This document shows, one piece after another, positions 1 to 10,701 of a stretch of 64,000 bases of DNA. This DNA comes from Tubulanus polymorphus. Taxonomy: Eukaryota; Animalia; Nemertea. Both the position numbers and the translations under genes were made by a program. Every line of letters begins with the position of its first letter. The stretch's first letter is position 1. Under the pieces are notes generated by a model. That model saw only the letters and a program-made list of their open reading frames with translations. It did no database searches and had not been told where the DNA came from. The stretch spans positions 17,719,807-17,783,806 of the forward strand of contig NC_134031.1 in the NCBI RefSeq assembly GCF_964204645.1, given 5' to 3'.

Positions 1-612
1 ATCCATAAGTAAGCATTGCTACTCAATTTTATTGACTTCTCCGATTATTTTATTCCGAGCCAGTGATGTATTATGGATCGGTTTGATGCTAAAGATGTAT
101 ATCACGCTATGAAATGTTTATTTCTTAGGGCTATACGTTTTCATTTTCTCGCATCAAAAATTCGATGAATATCTTTACCTTTGAGGAGAAAAACCGAATG
201 ATGTGATTTCTATTAAACAAGTTAAAAGAGACTCCATTTCTTTGATGCATACACACCAAGAATTTGAAAATTAGGGTTTTCTGACCATTTTGGCGGAAAA
301 CCTCTTTTTTTATTCACCTGTTTGTTAAAGAACGTCTCTTTTCTGGAACTTTTTACTCATAGTGTAGTAATTGAAATTGAAATTTATTTTCATTTACGAT
401 GTTACATTATTGAACGATATAATAAGTATGATTAGACGAAGAAAAATGTAACAGGATAATGGGGCTACACGGAGAGACTGAAACAGTCTATCTAAGCCGT
501 ATCACCCAGAAGCATCCACACCACATTCATCACACATGCAGTAGTACATCACACATCAGGCATAGTATACCTAGTACTAACTGTTTGTTAAATTTGGTGA
601 GAAAGCTAGATC

Positions 613-1280
613 ATGAGTAAATTCAAACAGTTTCTGTTCATGTCTTACGTATTTGACTGTCTTAATTGATTGGATTCTTTACTGATCAAGTCAGGGAAAA
701 CAACGTAGATGTCAGGGAATAAATAGTCAGCTAAAAAGCGGGTCCAATATAACCCCGTTAAACGAGCAAGGCAGAAAACCCGTTATCGCTGCTTCGCAGC
801 TATATTATATTTTCATCATTGATTTTTTCAGAGGATGAAGATCTGCCGACCTCTACGCGACCGCGACGTTGTCGAACATTGTCGTCATCGATGGCGAAAC
901 TGCGGCCGGCGCGGCGGAGGGTGAACGCCAAACGGTCGCCGCCGCCGCTCCCACCACCACTTCCGTCGAAAGACAAAAACGGTTTCAAACTGGTCTCCGA
1001 GTTCATTTTAGAAAACTCGCACAATAAAATGGAAAAGACGACGCCGCTGTTGTGCGGCGCGAAAATCGTCAAATGCGCGTACTGCGACAAACCGTTCTCG
1101 ACCAATCAGAACAAAGTGATCCACGAACGCATTCACCTCGGCATCAAACCGTACGAGTGTCAAATATGCCATCGATTCTTCACTCACGCCAGTAACTATA
1201 AGCGCCACCTACGAACGATGCACGCCGTCGAAAATAAAATCATCGATTCTACGGAGCATTATCGGTTCATCAAAGATTGA
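613..1280 (+). CDS. Small C2H2 zinc-finger protein with two fingers. Main coding exon 832-1280; candidate first coding piece ATGA at 613-616.
   Basis: The ORF holds CAYC-x12-HERIH and CQIC-x12-HLRTMH joined by a Kruppel-type linker (HLGIKPYEC, a TGEKPY variant). Acceptor ttttttcag ends at 831 (phase 1). ATGA|gtaaat at 613-622 would splice in frame to give MKDEDLP..., but the true upstream exon could lie elsewhere. Confidence 0.8.
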
Positions 1281-1573
1281 TACGGAGCGCGCGTGTGAGT
1301 TTCGAAGAAATGTGTCTGTTGGGGGTTGTAATGAAATTCATTTGTCGGTTTCGTAAATGAATAATGAATCTCAGTGAATATTATAGCCGCGATCCCGCGC
1401 TAGACTAAGCATCGAATGGGCGCGCGTCCGTTTGACTCGGGGTCCAATTAGGACCGTCCAAAAACGTCAGACCAGGCCTGAGCCAAATTTTAGCATGGGT
1501 CAAATAACTGCACGTGCGCGCTTGCTGCGGTTCCAGAAGTGACGCACCTCGCTTTGTCACACAATTATCTATT

Positions 1574-1725
1574 CAGTTAATCCCGCTTAATTCGGATTTC
1601 GTTCTAATCGGGACATTATTTGCAGTCTAATTGTTCATTACCATACAAGAAGATTACTATTAATCGAGATTAAAATTGGTGAATTTTTTTGGTCCCAAAT
1701 GATCCGAATTAAGCGGGTTCTATTG
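1574..1725. mobile_element. Tc1/mariner(pogo)-type MITE
   Basis: Imperfect TIRs CAGTTAATCCCGCTTAATTCGGAT ... ATCCGAATTAAGCGGGTTCTATTG followed by TA. Same TIR family as 1980-2370. Confidence 0.65.
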
Positions 1726-1979
1726 TATCGAGTGAGTAGTTTATGCCCAGTGTGATCGCAGCTTTCAAATGGAGCCAGTTGCATAGTCCAGGTTAACATT
1801 TACGAATGGTCTAAAAACCATCTTAGTTCAATAGCCAATCGAACAATTAGAGACTAAGTCTCAAGACTTAAGACTAGTAGCAAATACCGGTGTGCAACTA
1901 GGCCCAGTTCTACAGCTTAATGGGAATTTATTTGATAATGCCAAACCCATAAATAATTTAGATCTGAAATTAATCAAAA

Positions 1980-2370
1980 TACAGTAGAAGTCACTTAATT
2001 CGGATTACTGCCCAGATTTCTCAGAATCTGAATTATTTAACGATAGTTGGTTACAGGTTAACCATTTCAGTGCTGACTTATCAACACCCTATAGTGCTGG
2101 AGATAATTTGAAAATTTAAAAAAATTCTACCCTAGTGTGTTGAATAACAGGAATAGCACTATAGTGCGTCTACACCGCGGCGCGGTGTATCGTTAGTTAC
2201 TAGTATTTCACTATGTTTGACAGGTGCTGCCATTTTTCAAGAGAGATAATTACTAATTACATCAATACACCGCAGTGCGGTGTACTAGCAAAATCTATCA
2301 CTGCTTTATACACCGCACTGCGTTGTAGACGCACTGAAAGGGTTAACCGGATTAAGCGAGTTCTACTGTA
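1980..2370. mobile_element. Tc1/mariner(pogo)-type MITE interrupted by a piggyBac-like MITE
   Basis: TA-CAGTAGAAGTCACTTAATTCGG ... CCGGATTAAGCGAGTTCTACTG-TA: 19/22 TIR match, with TA at both ends. Confidence 0.7.
2058..2346. mobile_element. piggyBac-like non-autonomous element (MITE), copy 1
   Basis: TTAA at both ends (2058-2061, 2343-2346). TIRs CCATTTCAGTGC / GCACTGAAAGGG. Three internal TACACCGCA(G/C)TGCGGTGTA-type palindromes. An inverted copy lies at 38055-38350. Confidence 0.85.
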
Positions 2371-3150
2371 TCTATTATTGAACTTATGATTAGGAATCTA
2401 TGGGTGTTGATCAAAAGTAACAGTCATGCAATATCTGACGTAGAAGTGATATGTTTTTATAGTTGCGTAGCTGTAGATATTGATCAATGCCTTCTACTTA
2501 AAATCTACTTAAAAGGTTATAAAAATATCAATCAATGAAGTAATCGTATATACCTTCTATATTTAGTAGCAGACAGTCTACCTCAAGGTATTCAATTAAT
2601 TTCCGTAGTTCGTCAAAAAATTTCTTCCATACGGAAAGTTCTGTACGATCGATGACTATCAATTCAAGTTTTTTCTGATCGACTAATTAATGGTGCTTAT
2701 CAATGTCTACTAGATACTTAGTTTTCATCGACAAATTGAAGATTTTTCTAACGAAGCTAGCGAGAAATGCTCCTTCTTTCCCTACGATGATAATGATGAT
2801 ATCTATACTTCATCGGAAGAAAGCTGGAATATATATGGTCTCTTGAAGCGGACTGGATGCATTTTAGATCTTCATTATTGATTTTAAACTCGCTCTGAAA
2901 TTTTTCATAATTTTGTATGCGTTTTTTTTTTAATGAATATGTTTCTTCGTTGTTTATGTCGTTAAATCTAGTTGTAATATTATCGAATATTGTGATAACG
3001 TCGTATTATATTCCTATATTATATAACACTTATCTCCAGTCTCTTGGTTCTATCACGTTTGCAATAATTGTAACTCGATGATAAACCTACGCAAGACATT
3101 TTAAAGACTCAAACGTCTTGAAAACTCTAGTGCCCGACTAATGCGTACGT

Positions 3151-3410
3151 ATTCTGCTATTTACCTTAAAATCTTTAACAGGACTGACTCTAAATTACCT
3201 CGTTGAACTTCTGGATGTATACAAACCTGCTCGAAATCTTTGTTCAGCTCATCAACGCAAAAATTGTGTACCCCTGTTCAAACCTTTGGCATTAGAGCGT
3301 TATCCCGTTATGCTAATTGAACTCCTAATAGTTTCACTGATATTAATTCATTTTCTCAAAAGCAGTTCAACACTCATCTAAAGACACTTCTATTCAGACA
3401 TCACTATCTG
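3151..3410 (+). mobile_element. Decayed 3' end of an L2/CR1-type LINE (ORF2 C-terminus)
   Basis: Translates as ILLFTLKSLTGLTLNYLVELLDVYKPARNLCS, then after frameshifts TFGIRALS and KQFNTHLKTLLF. This matches the recalled L2/CR1 ORF2 tail (ILLLTYKALNGLAPxYLxELL..YxPxRxLRS..GxRAFS..FKxxLKTxLF). Confidence 0.7.
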
Positions 3411-4847
3411 GTGAGGCAAATCTGAACTGTTTTGTTAGGATACCTGAGCTATATGAAACTTATTATTTATTATCATAGAACAAAATTCTTCATAATTTGT
3501 AGAATGATTCATGAAAACTCACTGTGTACTACATCAGATATTATCTCTCTATTTAACCCAGTAATATACGCGCACAAAACAAGTCAATGAGTTAAATCCT
3601 ACGAAATGAATTCTGATTCAGACGTTAAGAAGATGGTTCTCACGAAATTATCAGATTTGATTATCTCAGAAATGATCGGATTTCTAAAAAGAATTCGACT
3701 ATATCCGACGAAAACGATTTCCAATCACGGAAGAACCGCATTTTCCAAAGCAACATGTATTTTCACAATTTTGATTATTTGTGGATGGTCCCTAATCGCG
3801 AATGGCCTTGCAATGTCATCAACCTACAGTTCAGATCAATCGGAACAAAACCCTCTTGATCTACATCAAGTGTTATTGACGTATATTTGTTCAATTGATT
3901 GCTGCGTGTTTCTACTGAATGCAATGTTTAACAGCCCGCTCAAGTCAACGCAGTACGAGAATGTGAGAAAAAAATATCGTAAAACTCGGTGATCTCAATA
4001 AAAGGCCATTGTAATTATTCATTACTCTACTATACGAGTCAGGCAAGGATGTGACGTTACGTAATTTCAAAGCGATGCTTTATATCTTGAACAAAATTGT
4101 ACCAATTCCATAGATTCATCATTTGAAATTTGCTTCTGACTATGACATGACTTAACGTGGTGAAGTCTGTAAAACGTGAACGTTTTTATTTCGTCATGAT
4201 TGATGTAAGGTGAGATAACATTCACTCACGGCTGAAGCCTGTCGTCCTCTGTAGTTATAGGTTTTATCAGGTTACAGTACAGTGTGAATGATCGAGCAGT
4301 CACCTTTAAAAAAAACGTGCGTCTTTTTATCTGATCCACGAGTTGAGCGCAAAAGCCCAATTTTACAACAATTTCTATTAGTTCGATTAACTTCGCGATG
4401 TAAGACTAGTCTGAAGATTTAAGCCAAATTAGTTCGAGGCCAGTCTATGCTCTTCAGTGTTGAGAATTCTTTCAGATTTGGAACTGGATTAGGCAGGAAC
4501 TAATGTAAAGCTTGCGTTCTGTATTGATAAAGGTCTATAGCACTAGAAGATATTACGACTCTTTCCATCCGTTTTCGAGATGATGATAATATATTTTTCT
4601 GCATTGTATCATTGATATGAAAGCATAAACTGTTTGGTTTGTGTATACAAACAGCCAGTCGGTTGTGGTGAATATTTTTTTTTTGAATATTTGATCTGTC
4701 TGACACTTGTGCCGGAAAGAGAGTGGAGAGAGAGTGTGTATGTGAGTATATCTTTTTCAAGTATAGAGCAGTGCGTATCTCGCTCCTCTATTCCAGTCAT
4801 AATCGCTATAAATCGGGATCAGATTTGAGCTTGAGAAGAATGAAATG

Positions 4848-5025
4848 CAGCGGAACCTTGTTACAACGAACTTCACCGGACCAAAAAAAAACCAAAAAAT
4901 ATGTTCGTTCTAACCGATTGAACGTTGTATCCAGTATGAAATTAATGAAATTTTCCTTACTCGGGACACAATTCTATATTTGTCATATCCGATGAATCCG
5001 AGTTCGTTTTAACGAGGTTCCACTG
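4848..5025. mobile_element. pogo/Tigger-like MITE
   Basis: TIRs CAGCGGAACCTTGTTACAACGAAC ... GTTCGTTTTAACGAGGTTCCACTG followed by TA. Confidence 0.7.
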
Positions 5026-5190
5026 TATAATTGAATCACAGTTGATTATCGCAGTATTTTGTTTTTGAGACTATAAAACCGTTGTTAAAACATTTGAATT
5101 TAGTAGAAATAATTAAGATCCTAGTTTTATCTGGATCATTAACAAATGATTTGCCGAAAGAACTGCTGTTAAACCGCATTAAATAGCCAA

Positions 5191-5463
5191 CATTTACAGA
5201 AGCATCACAACAACAATTGTTTTTTTTTTTGTAGCTACAAAAACGTAATCATTTTAAAAGAAATTAATTTTCTGTGTGAAAAAAAATCGCACAGAAAAAA
5301 ATGGCCGGCATCCAGAAAAATGATAAAGATGAATATTGATTATTTTTCTGTGTGATTTTCTTTCATACGGAAAATTAATTTCTTGTAAAATATTTATGTT
5401 TTTGGGAGCTACAAAAAAAAAGAAAATAAATATAATTGTTGTCGGGATGCTTCAGTAAACATG
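5191..5463. repeat. Long imperfect inverted repeat (foldback MITE-like), arms about 110 bp
   Basis: CATTTACAGAAGCATCACAACAACAATT...GTAGCTACAAAAACGTAA...AAGAAATTAATTTTC...CACAGAAAAA pairs with TTTTTCTGTG...GAAAATTAATTTCTT...AGCTACAAAA...AATTGTTGTCGGGATGCTTCAGTAAACATG. Confidence 0.75.
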
Positions 5464-6435
5464 AGGTGATATGTAAAATTGACTTTCTCCTTTTCACTAG
5501 ATAGAGTGTTTACTGTGTTATAATATTCTGTTGGCAATACGCCCTGACCGATCCTGGTTTATGTGATAATAAGTGCTGTAAAAATTCTGCCTCGATTATT
5601 ATACGTTATTATACGTGTTGTATTTAATGTCGTTTCTTCACAAATCATCATTTCGAGAAATTCTGAAAAATATCGAGCAATAATATCTCGACTAATTCTA
5701 ACTATGTAACACTTAGTTCTAATATTAGTTGTAATTATTGCGTCAATTGAAGGCAGGTATTATGTGTATTTATCAAAATTATGTTCGACCTCCCTGAGGA
5801 TTTGTCTGGGACAGGCTTCGGATATAGGGTAAGGGCACGGAGGGAGTATTTCAATGGCAGACGTGTATTTTTAAGCTGTCCTGATTGATGAATCATTTTC
5901 GGTTGTGCATCCTCTGCAGTTTGGCGGAGTTTGGGTCCTGTTCGGTTGTGTAAATACAGTATTCATATAGCAATAAAACAGTTTTGATTGGTGGATGAAA
6001 TGTTCTATCGTCCGGGTATCGAGACAATGTGCTTCGGTAAAAATGATTTCAACTTTTCTCGTGTGAACATGAGGGCATTGCACTGATTAAAAAAAAGCCG
6101 CAGAGCGCTGATGAACATGTGAGACTTTTTGATAACGTATTCACTGACGCAGTTCATTAAACCTTGGGACCGAGTTCATAGAATTTGATTCGAGTAGATT
6201 TGTAAATAGTTGAGTCTATTTCCAGTCTTGATGAATATCGTTTAGAGAAACCCACAATATCAATTAAAACGACTGTTATTGATTTTTTCGTTGAAAATTT
6301 CAAATAAACTCTGATGATGGGTGGAAGGATTTCATCCGAAACGTAAGAAAAAATCAATAGCAGTTGTTTAAATTGATATCGTGGGTTTCTGTTGACTAAC
6401 TAAGTCGGATACACAGTGGATTACTAAGTCGGATA

Positions 6436-6570
6436 TACAGTGGAACCTTGGATATAACGATTATTAGAAGTTAGAATCTCGTCCCAAATATGACAATATT
6501 CTAATAATTTCAAACTTACGAACATATATTCTGGTTCGCCGAAATTCGTTTATAACGAGATTCCACTGTA
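6436..6570. mobile_element. pogo/Tigger-like MITE, related to 4848-5025
   Basis: TA-CAGTGGAACCTTGGATATAACGA ... TCGTTTATAACGAGATTCCACTG-TA. Confidence 0.65.
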
Positions 6571-7810
6571 ATTGAAAATAGCGAAGAAAGAGTTCCCCTC
6601 GATTAATACGCCCATTAATACGAATATTCTTGTAACGTCTTGTTACCGATGATAGAACTGTGCGGATGTCGGTAGCCTGCCAGCGATGTCAATTCGTGCA
6701 GATCTACTTTCTTTTTTCTCGTAGTTTCAGAATATTGTGCAACTGCTCTTGTTTGGTTTCCGATGTTGATTTATGTATCATCTTGAGAAATACACGGAAT
6801 ACATTACCAAATGTAGCACCTTAAGAAATACACGGAATACATTACCCATTGTGAACTATTTATTTCATCGGATGCCATGATAAAGTTTTTGTTACTAATG
6901 TATATGAAATATACCGTGTGTTAAGTATTTAGGGCTGATGAAAGGGATACGGAGGGTCGGGGGTCAGGGGATGTATACATACATTTTGTGTGCAGTTGTT
7001 TTCTTTTTGATACATTGATACTTATACATTTCCAAGCTTTAGTCGTTTATTAAATAAAGTATATATACAAATACAAATCAGAACTTCACGAATTCTCTTG
7101 AATTTGATTCGAGTGGCGTGCGTGTGTATGAGGACCTCACGAGGCTGGTATTGTACCAGTATCCTCGGATCCCCCCCTTGTATCCGCCCCTGGTAATATA
7201 TGGGGCGAAGGTCCATGGATCCTGAGCATACTGAAAACAATGAACTTAAATCCGTAGGTTGTTACTGCTTTATTGATACACCGTACATATAACAGGTTTA
7301 TCACTGGTTTATTGCGCGTTCGAATATGCTCTAGTATATTTCATTCTTCATTACCTGCGGGGATAAAAAGAGAACAGGGCAAATTAGATGATAGAAAAAA
7401 CCTGCTAATGAGGATTAAGTCGTTTCTATAAATTATGAGATAAGCTTCATTCTATCTAGTCACGTATTTTGCATATATATGTATCTATCCCATGGGGAAC
7501 CTCTCGTGTGTTTTTCAAAACGGTGTCAATTATCATTTTCGCTCGATATATCAGACACGTTATTTTCAAGGAGCCGCAGGTACAACAATGCCGTGATCAA
7601 TATCTCGAGTACGTACGGAGTCTCTATACGCTTTGAGGGTGTGGGTATTTTCGGGTCGACAAACCAAACGGCGGCAAATGAATGTCAAGTATCATTGACA
7701 TACATAACGACTAGAGGAATACAATGCATTCTAAATAGAGAGGTAAATTTATACCTCACTTTAATTCCTATATGAATATAATTACCTCTCGGTATTTCTG
7801 CCTCGCCATT

Positions 7811-9724
7811 TCAATTTCTGATTTTGCCGTTGGGACCGGGTGTCGTTCCGAGGACGATTGGTCCCCCAGTTGGTCGTGGTGTGGTTGTTGCCGCATTCTG
7901 TGGACACGGTGTTCCCAGAATAGGCTGGCAAGGTTCTGCTGTGGTAAATGGTTCAACTGTTGACGTGCCAGGTTTGATTCCTGGCTTGATTGCGTTCGTT
8001 GCTGGTAAGATTCCTGGTTTAGTTGCTGGTACAACCGGTTCAACTGCTGGTTTAGTTGCTGGTACAACCGGTACAACTACTGGTTTAGTTGCTGGTACAA
8101 CTGGTACAACTGCTGGTTTAGTTGCTGGTACAACCAGTACCACTGCTGGTTTGGTTGCTGGTACAACCGGTACAACTGCTGGTTTAGTTGCTGGTACAAC
8201 CGGTACAACTGCTGGTTTGGTTGCTGATACAACCGGTACGACTGCTGGTTTGGTTGCTGGTACAACCGGTACAACTGCTGGTTTAGTTGCTGGTACAAAC
8301 GGTACAACTGCTGGTTTAGTTGCTGGTACAACCGGTACAACTGCTGGTTTTGTTGCTGGTACAACCGGTACAACTGCTGGTTTAGTCGCTGGTACAACCG
8401 GTACAACTACTGGTTTAGTTGCTGGTACAACTGGTAGAACCGCTGGTTTGGTTGCTGGTACACCTTCTGGTTTAGTTGCTAGTTCACCTGCTGGTGTAGT
8501 TGCTGGTTTAATTCCTGGTTTAGTTTCTGGTGCAAGTGCTTGTTCTGTTGCTGATGCAACTGCTGGTTTAGAAACTGATACATTTACTGGTTTAGTCGCT
8601 GGTACAACCGGTAGAACTGCTGGTTTAGTTGCTGGTACAACCGGTAGAACTGCTGGTTTAGTTGCTGGTACAGTTACTGGTTTAGTTGCTGGTACAACTG
8701 GTAGAACTGCTGGTTTAGTTGCTGGTACAACTGGTAGAACTGCTGGTTTAGTTGCTGGTACAACCGGTAGAACTGCTGGTTTAGTTGCTGGTACAGTTCC
8801 TGGTTTAGTTGCTGGTACAACTGGTAGAACTGCTGGTTTAGTCGTCGGTACAACCGGGACAACTGCTGGTTTAGTTGCTGGTACAGTTCCTGGTTTAGTT
8901 GCTGGTACAAATGGTACAACTGCTGGTTTAGTTGCTGATACTGGTTTAGTTCCTGTTACGATTTCTGCTCCAGTTGCTGGTACAACTGGTACAACCGCTG
9001 GTTTAGTTGCCGGTATAACTACTGGTTTAGTTGCTAGTACGTCTGCTGGTGTAGTTGCTGGTTTAATTCCTGGTTTAGTTTCAGGCGCAAGTGCTGGTTC
9101 TGTTGCTGGTACAACTGCTGGTTTAGTCGCTGATACATTTGCTGGTTTTGCTTCTGGTTTAGTTGCTGGTACGATTCCTGGTGCGATTCCTGGTTTTGTC
9201 ACAGGGACAACCTCTGGTTTAACGATTGGTAGAATTGATGGACATGGCTTCCCCGGTTTACATGGTTTTATTACAGCAATGGCCGGACATGGTTTTCCGG
9301 GTTTGCACTGCGTCTTGACACCGGGTTTCAATATTCGGTGAACTTTGATTTTTTTCGCTTTCTTGCAAGCGATCGCGAAAGTCCCCACGACTGATATATC
9401 TTTGCCTTTCTTCGTTTTACCTTTAACGTGGAATTTGCGCAACGAACGCTCTCCTACGAACAACACATCATCATCGACATCATCTTCATCGAAATCATCA
9501 TCATCATCATCGTCGTCGTCATCATCATCATCGTCGAAGGCTTTTTTTATGATACCACAATCGATCGTTAATCTACCAACAACTATAACTTCCTTGTCGT
9601 CTGCCGATTGTGATTTTGCTAAGGCGGTGTCGCCGATTGTATCTATTTCATCGTCCAACTTATCGGCGCTGGACGATACGATAAACAATGTGAGTATACA
9701 AACAATCCAACCGGTATTAGACAT
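7811..9724 (-). CDS. Secreted repetitive structural protein (mucin/glue-like), 637 aa, single exon
   Basis: N-terminal signal peptide (MSNTGWIVCILTLFIVSSSA), poly-Asp tract, Lys-rich segment, two CKPGKPCP motifs, many PATKPAV(V/L)PVV repeats, and C-terminal PCQPILGTPCP. TATAAAA lies about 90 bp upstream of the ATG. Confidence 0.85.
   Translation of the reverse strand: MSNTGWIVCILTLFIVSSSADKLDDEIDTIGDTALAKSQSADDKEVIVVGRLTIDCGIIKKAFDDDDDDDDDDDDDDFDEDDVDDDVLFVGERSLRKFHVKGKTKKGKDISVVGTFAIACKKAKKIKVHRILKPGVKTQCKPGKPCPAIAVIKPCKPGKPCPSILPIVKPEVVPVTKPGIAPGIVPATKPEAKPANVSATKPAVVPATEPALAPETKPGIKPATTPADVLATKPVVIPATKPAVVPVVPATGAEIVTGTKPVSATKPAVVPFVPATKPGTVPATKPAVVPVVPTTKPAVLPVVPATKPGTVPATKPAVLPVVPATKPAVLPVVPATKPAVLPVVPATKPVTVPATKPAVLPVVPATKPAVLPVVPATKPVNVSVSKPAVASATEQALAPETKPGIKPATTPAGELATKPEGVPATKPAVLPVVPATKPVVVPVVPATKPAVVPVVPATKPAVVPVVPATKPAVVPFVPATKPAVVPVVPATKPAVVPVVSATKPAVVPVVPATKPAVVPVVPATKPAVVLVVPATKPAVVPVVPATKPVVVPVVPATKPAVEPVVPATKPGILPATNAIKPGIKPGTSTVEPFTTAEPCQPILGTPCPQNAATTTPRPTGGPIVLGTTPGPNGKIRN
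8010..9170. repeat. Coding minisatellite, main unit 33 bp (11 aa) with 24-bp variants
   Basis: Tandem TGGTTTAGTTGCTGGTACAACCGGTA(C/G)AACTGC units are directly visible. Confidence 0.95.
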
Positions 9725-9814
9725 GATTGTGTCTTAAGTTCGCTGTTCACAATCCCAAATGATATTTGAATCATTATCGCAATTAGTTTTGTGACACTTT
9801 AAAAGATCGATTGG

Positions 9815-9821
9815 TTTTATA
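9815..9821 (-). promoter_or_regulatory. Candidate TATA box of the secreted repeat-protein gene
   Basis: ttttata on the + strand reads TATAAAA on the - strand, 91 bp upstream of the ATG at 9724. Confidence 0.45.
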
Positions 9822-10701
9822 TTCATAAACCTGGTACCGACGAACTCCTGACGAAGATAGTGCATCAGCAAACAACTCCCACCAGCCCGATGTTCGTCAA
9901 GACAAATATGCATGACTTGAAAATATATGATTGAAAAGATTTTAATTCAGATTGCGTTATGAATTTCTAATGTGAATGTATATAACTCATTACGTATGCA
10001 GTTCAATCATTGAACTGCATATGTCTGGTCTGAAGTGTCACAAATAAACAAATAGATTTGATTGAATAGTTGATTTCAGGCTAGGGATAGAGGTCCGCCA
10101 ATTTTGAGTAGCTTTAGCTGTAACTAATGACTATACTTAAGATCGTGTGAACTTGGTTCCATCATAGGTACAATGTCTAAAAAAATCCTGCTCTTTGGAC
10201 CTTACGGCTTTGTTAAAATCGTACTGATCCTCATCTAGTTTGGTCAGCTCGCTTTGTCACAGCGTTGTATCAAGCGAGTGGTTTACGTATGAAGGCGGAC
10301 TCAGGTGTGATCCGGACTAACTGGTTGCTTTCACCTAACACCTGGCGCATTCCCAGCTCTAACATGACAATTGCACATTCCTAAAGAACCAATATCGGTT
10401 GGCTTGAAGGTGTAACTAATTGACCACCAGGTTCTAAAGAATTATCGTCTTATCTCAAATATTCTTCATATAATCAACTAGTGAAACGACCTTGCTCCTG
10501 CACTTACAGAATATTCAGCTTTTATCTGTCGTACATTCGAATCTTTCAAATCACACCTGAAAGCTTATCTTCACAGTTCACGGAAAAAAACCTGTTAATT
10601 CGAAGTAAAATGATTTATTAATTTCTGCTTCATCCGATAATTACATCTTATTTCGGACAGAAACTCGACAATTTGTTTACACCTTGATCTTTTCAGAAAA
10701 T

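Noticed and set aside
3606-3992. 128-aa ORF with hydrophobic stretches
   Set aside because: No recognisable motif or supporting exon structure; cannot be distinguished from a chance ORF.
8077-8919. Gln/Leu/Tyr-rich ORFs (LYQQLNQQ) on the - strand
   Set aside because: Alternative frames of the same minisatellite.
8010-9170. Regular 33-bp repeats as a possible CRISPR array
   Set aside because: The units are contiguous with no unique spacers, lie in frame in a eukaryotic gene, and no cas genes are present.
7824-9341. 505-aa + strand ORF with GLVAGTT repeats
   Set aside because: Antisense shadow of the repeat protein. The repeat unit lacks stops on this strand, it starts at TTG, and the - strand ORF has the signal peptide and TATA box.
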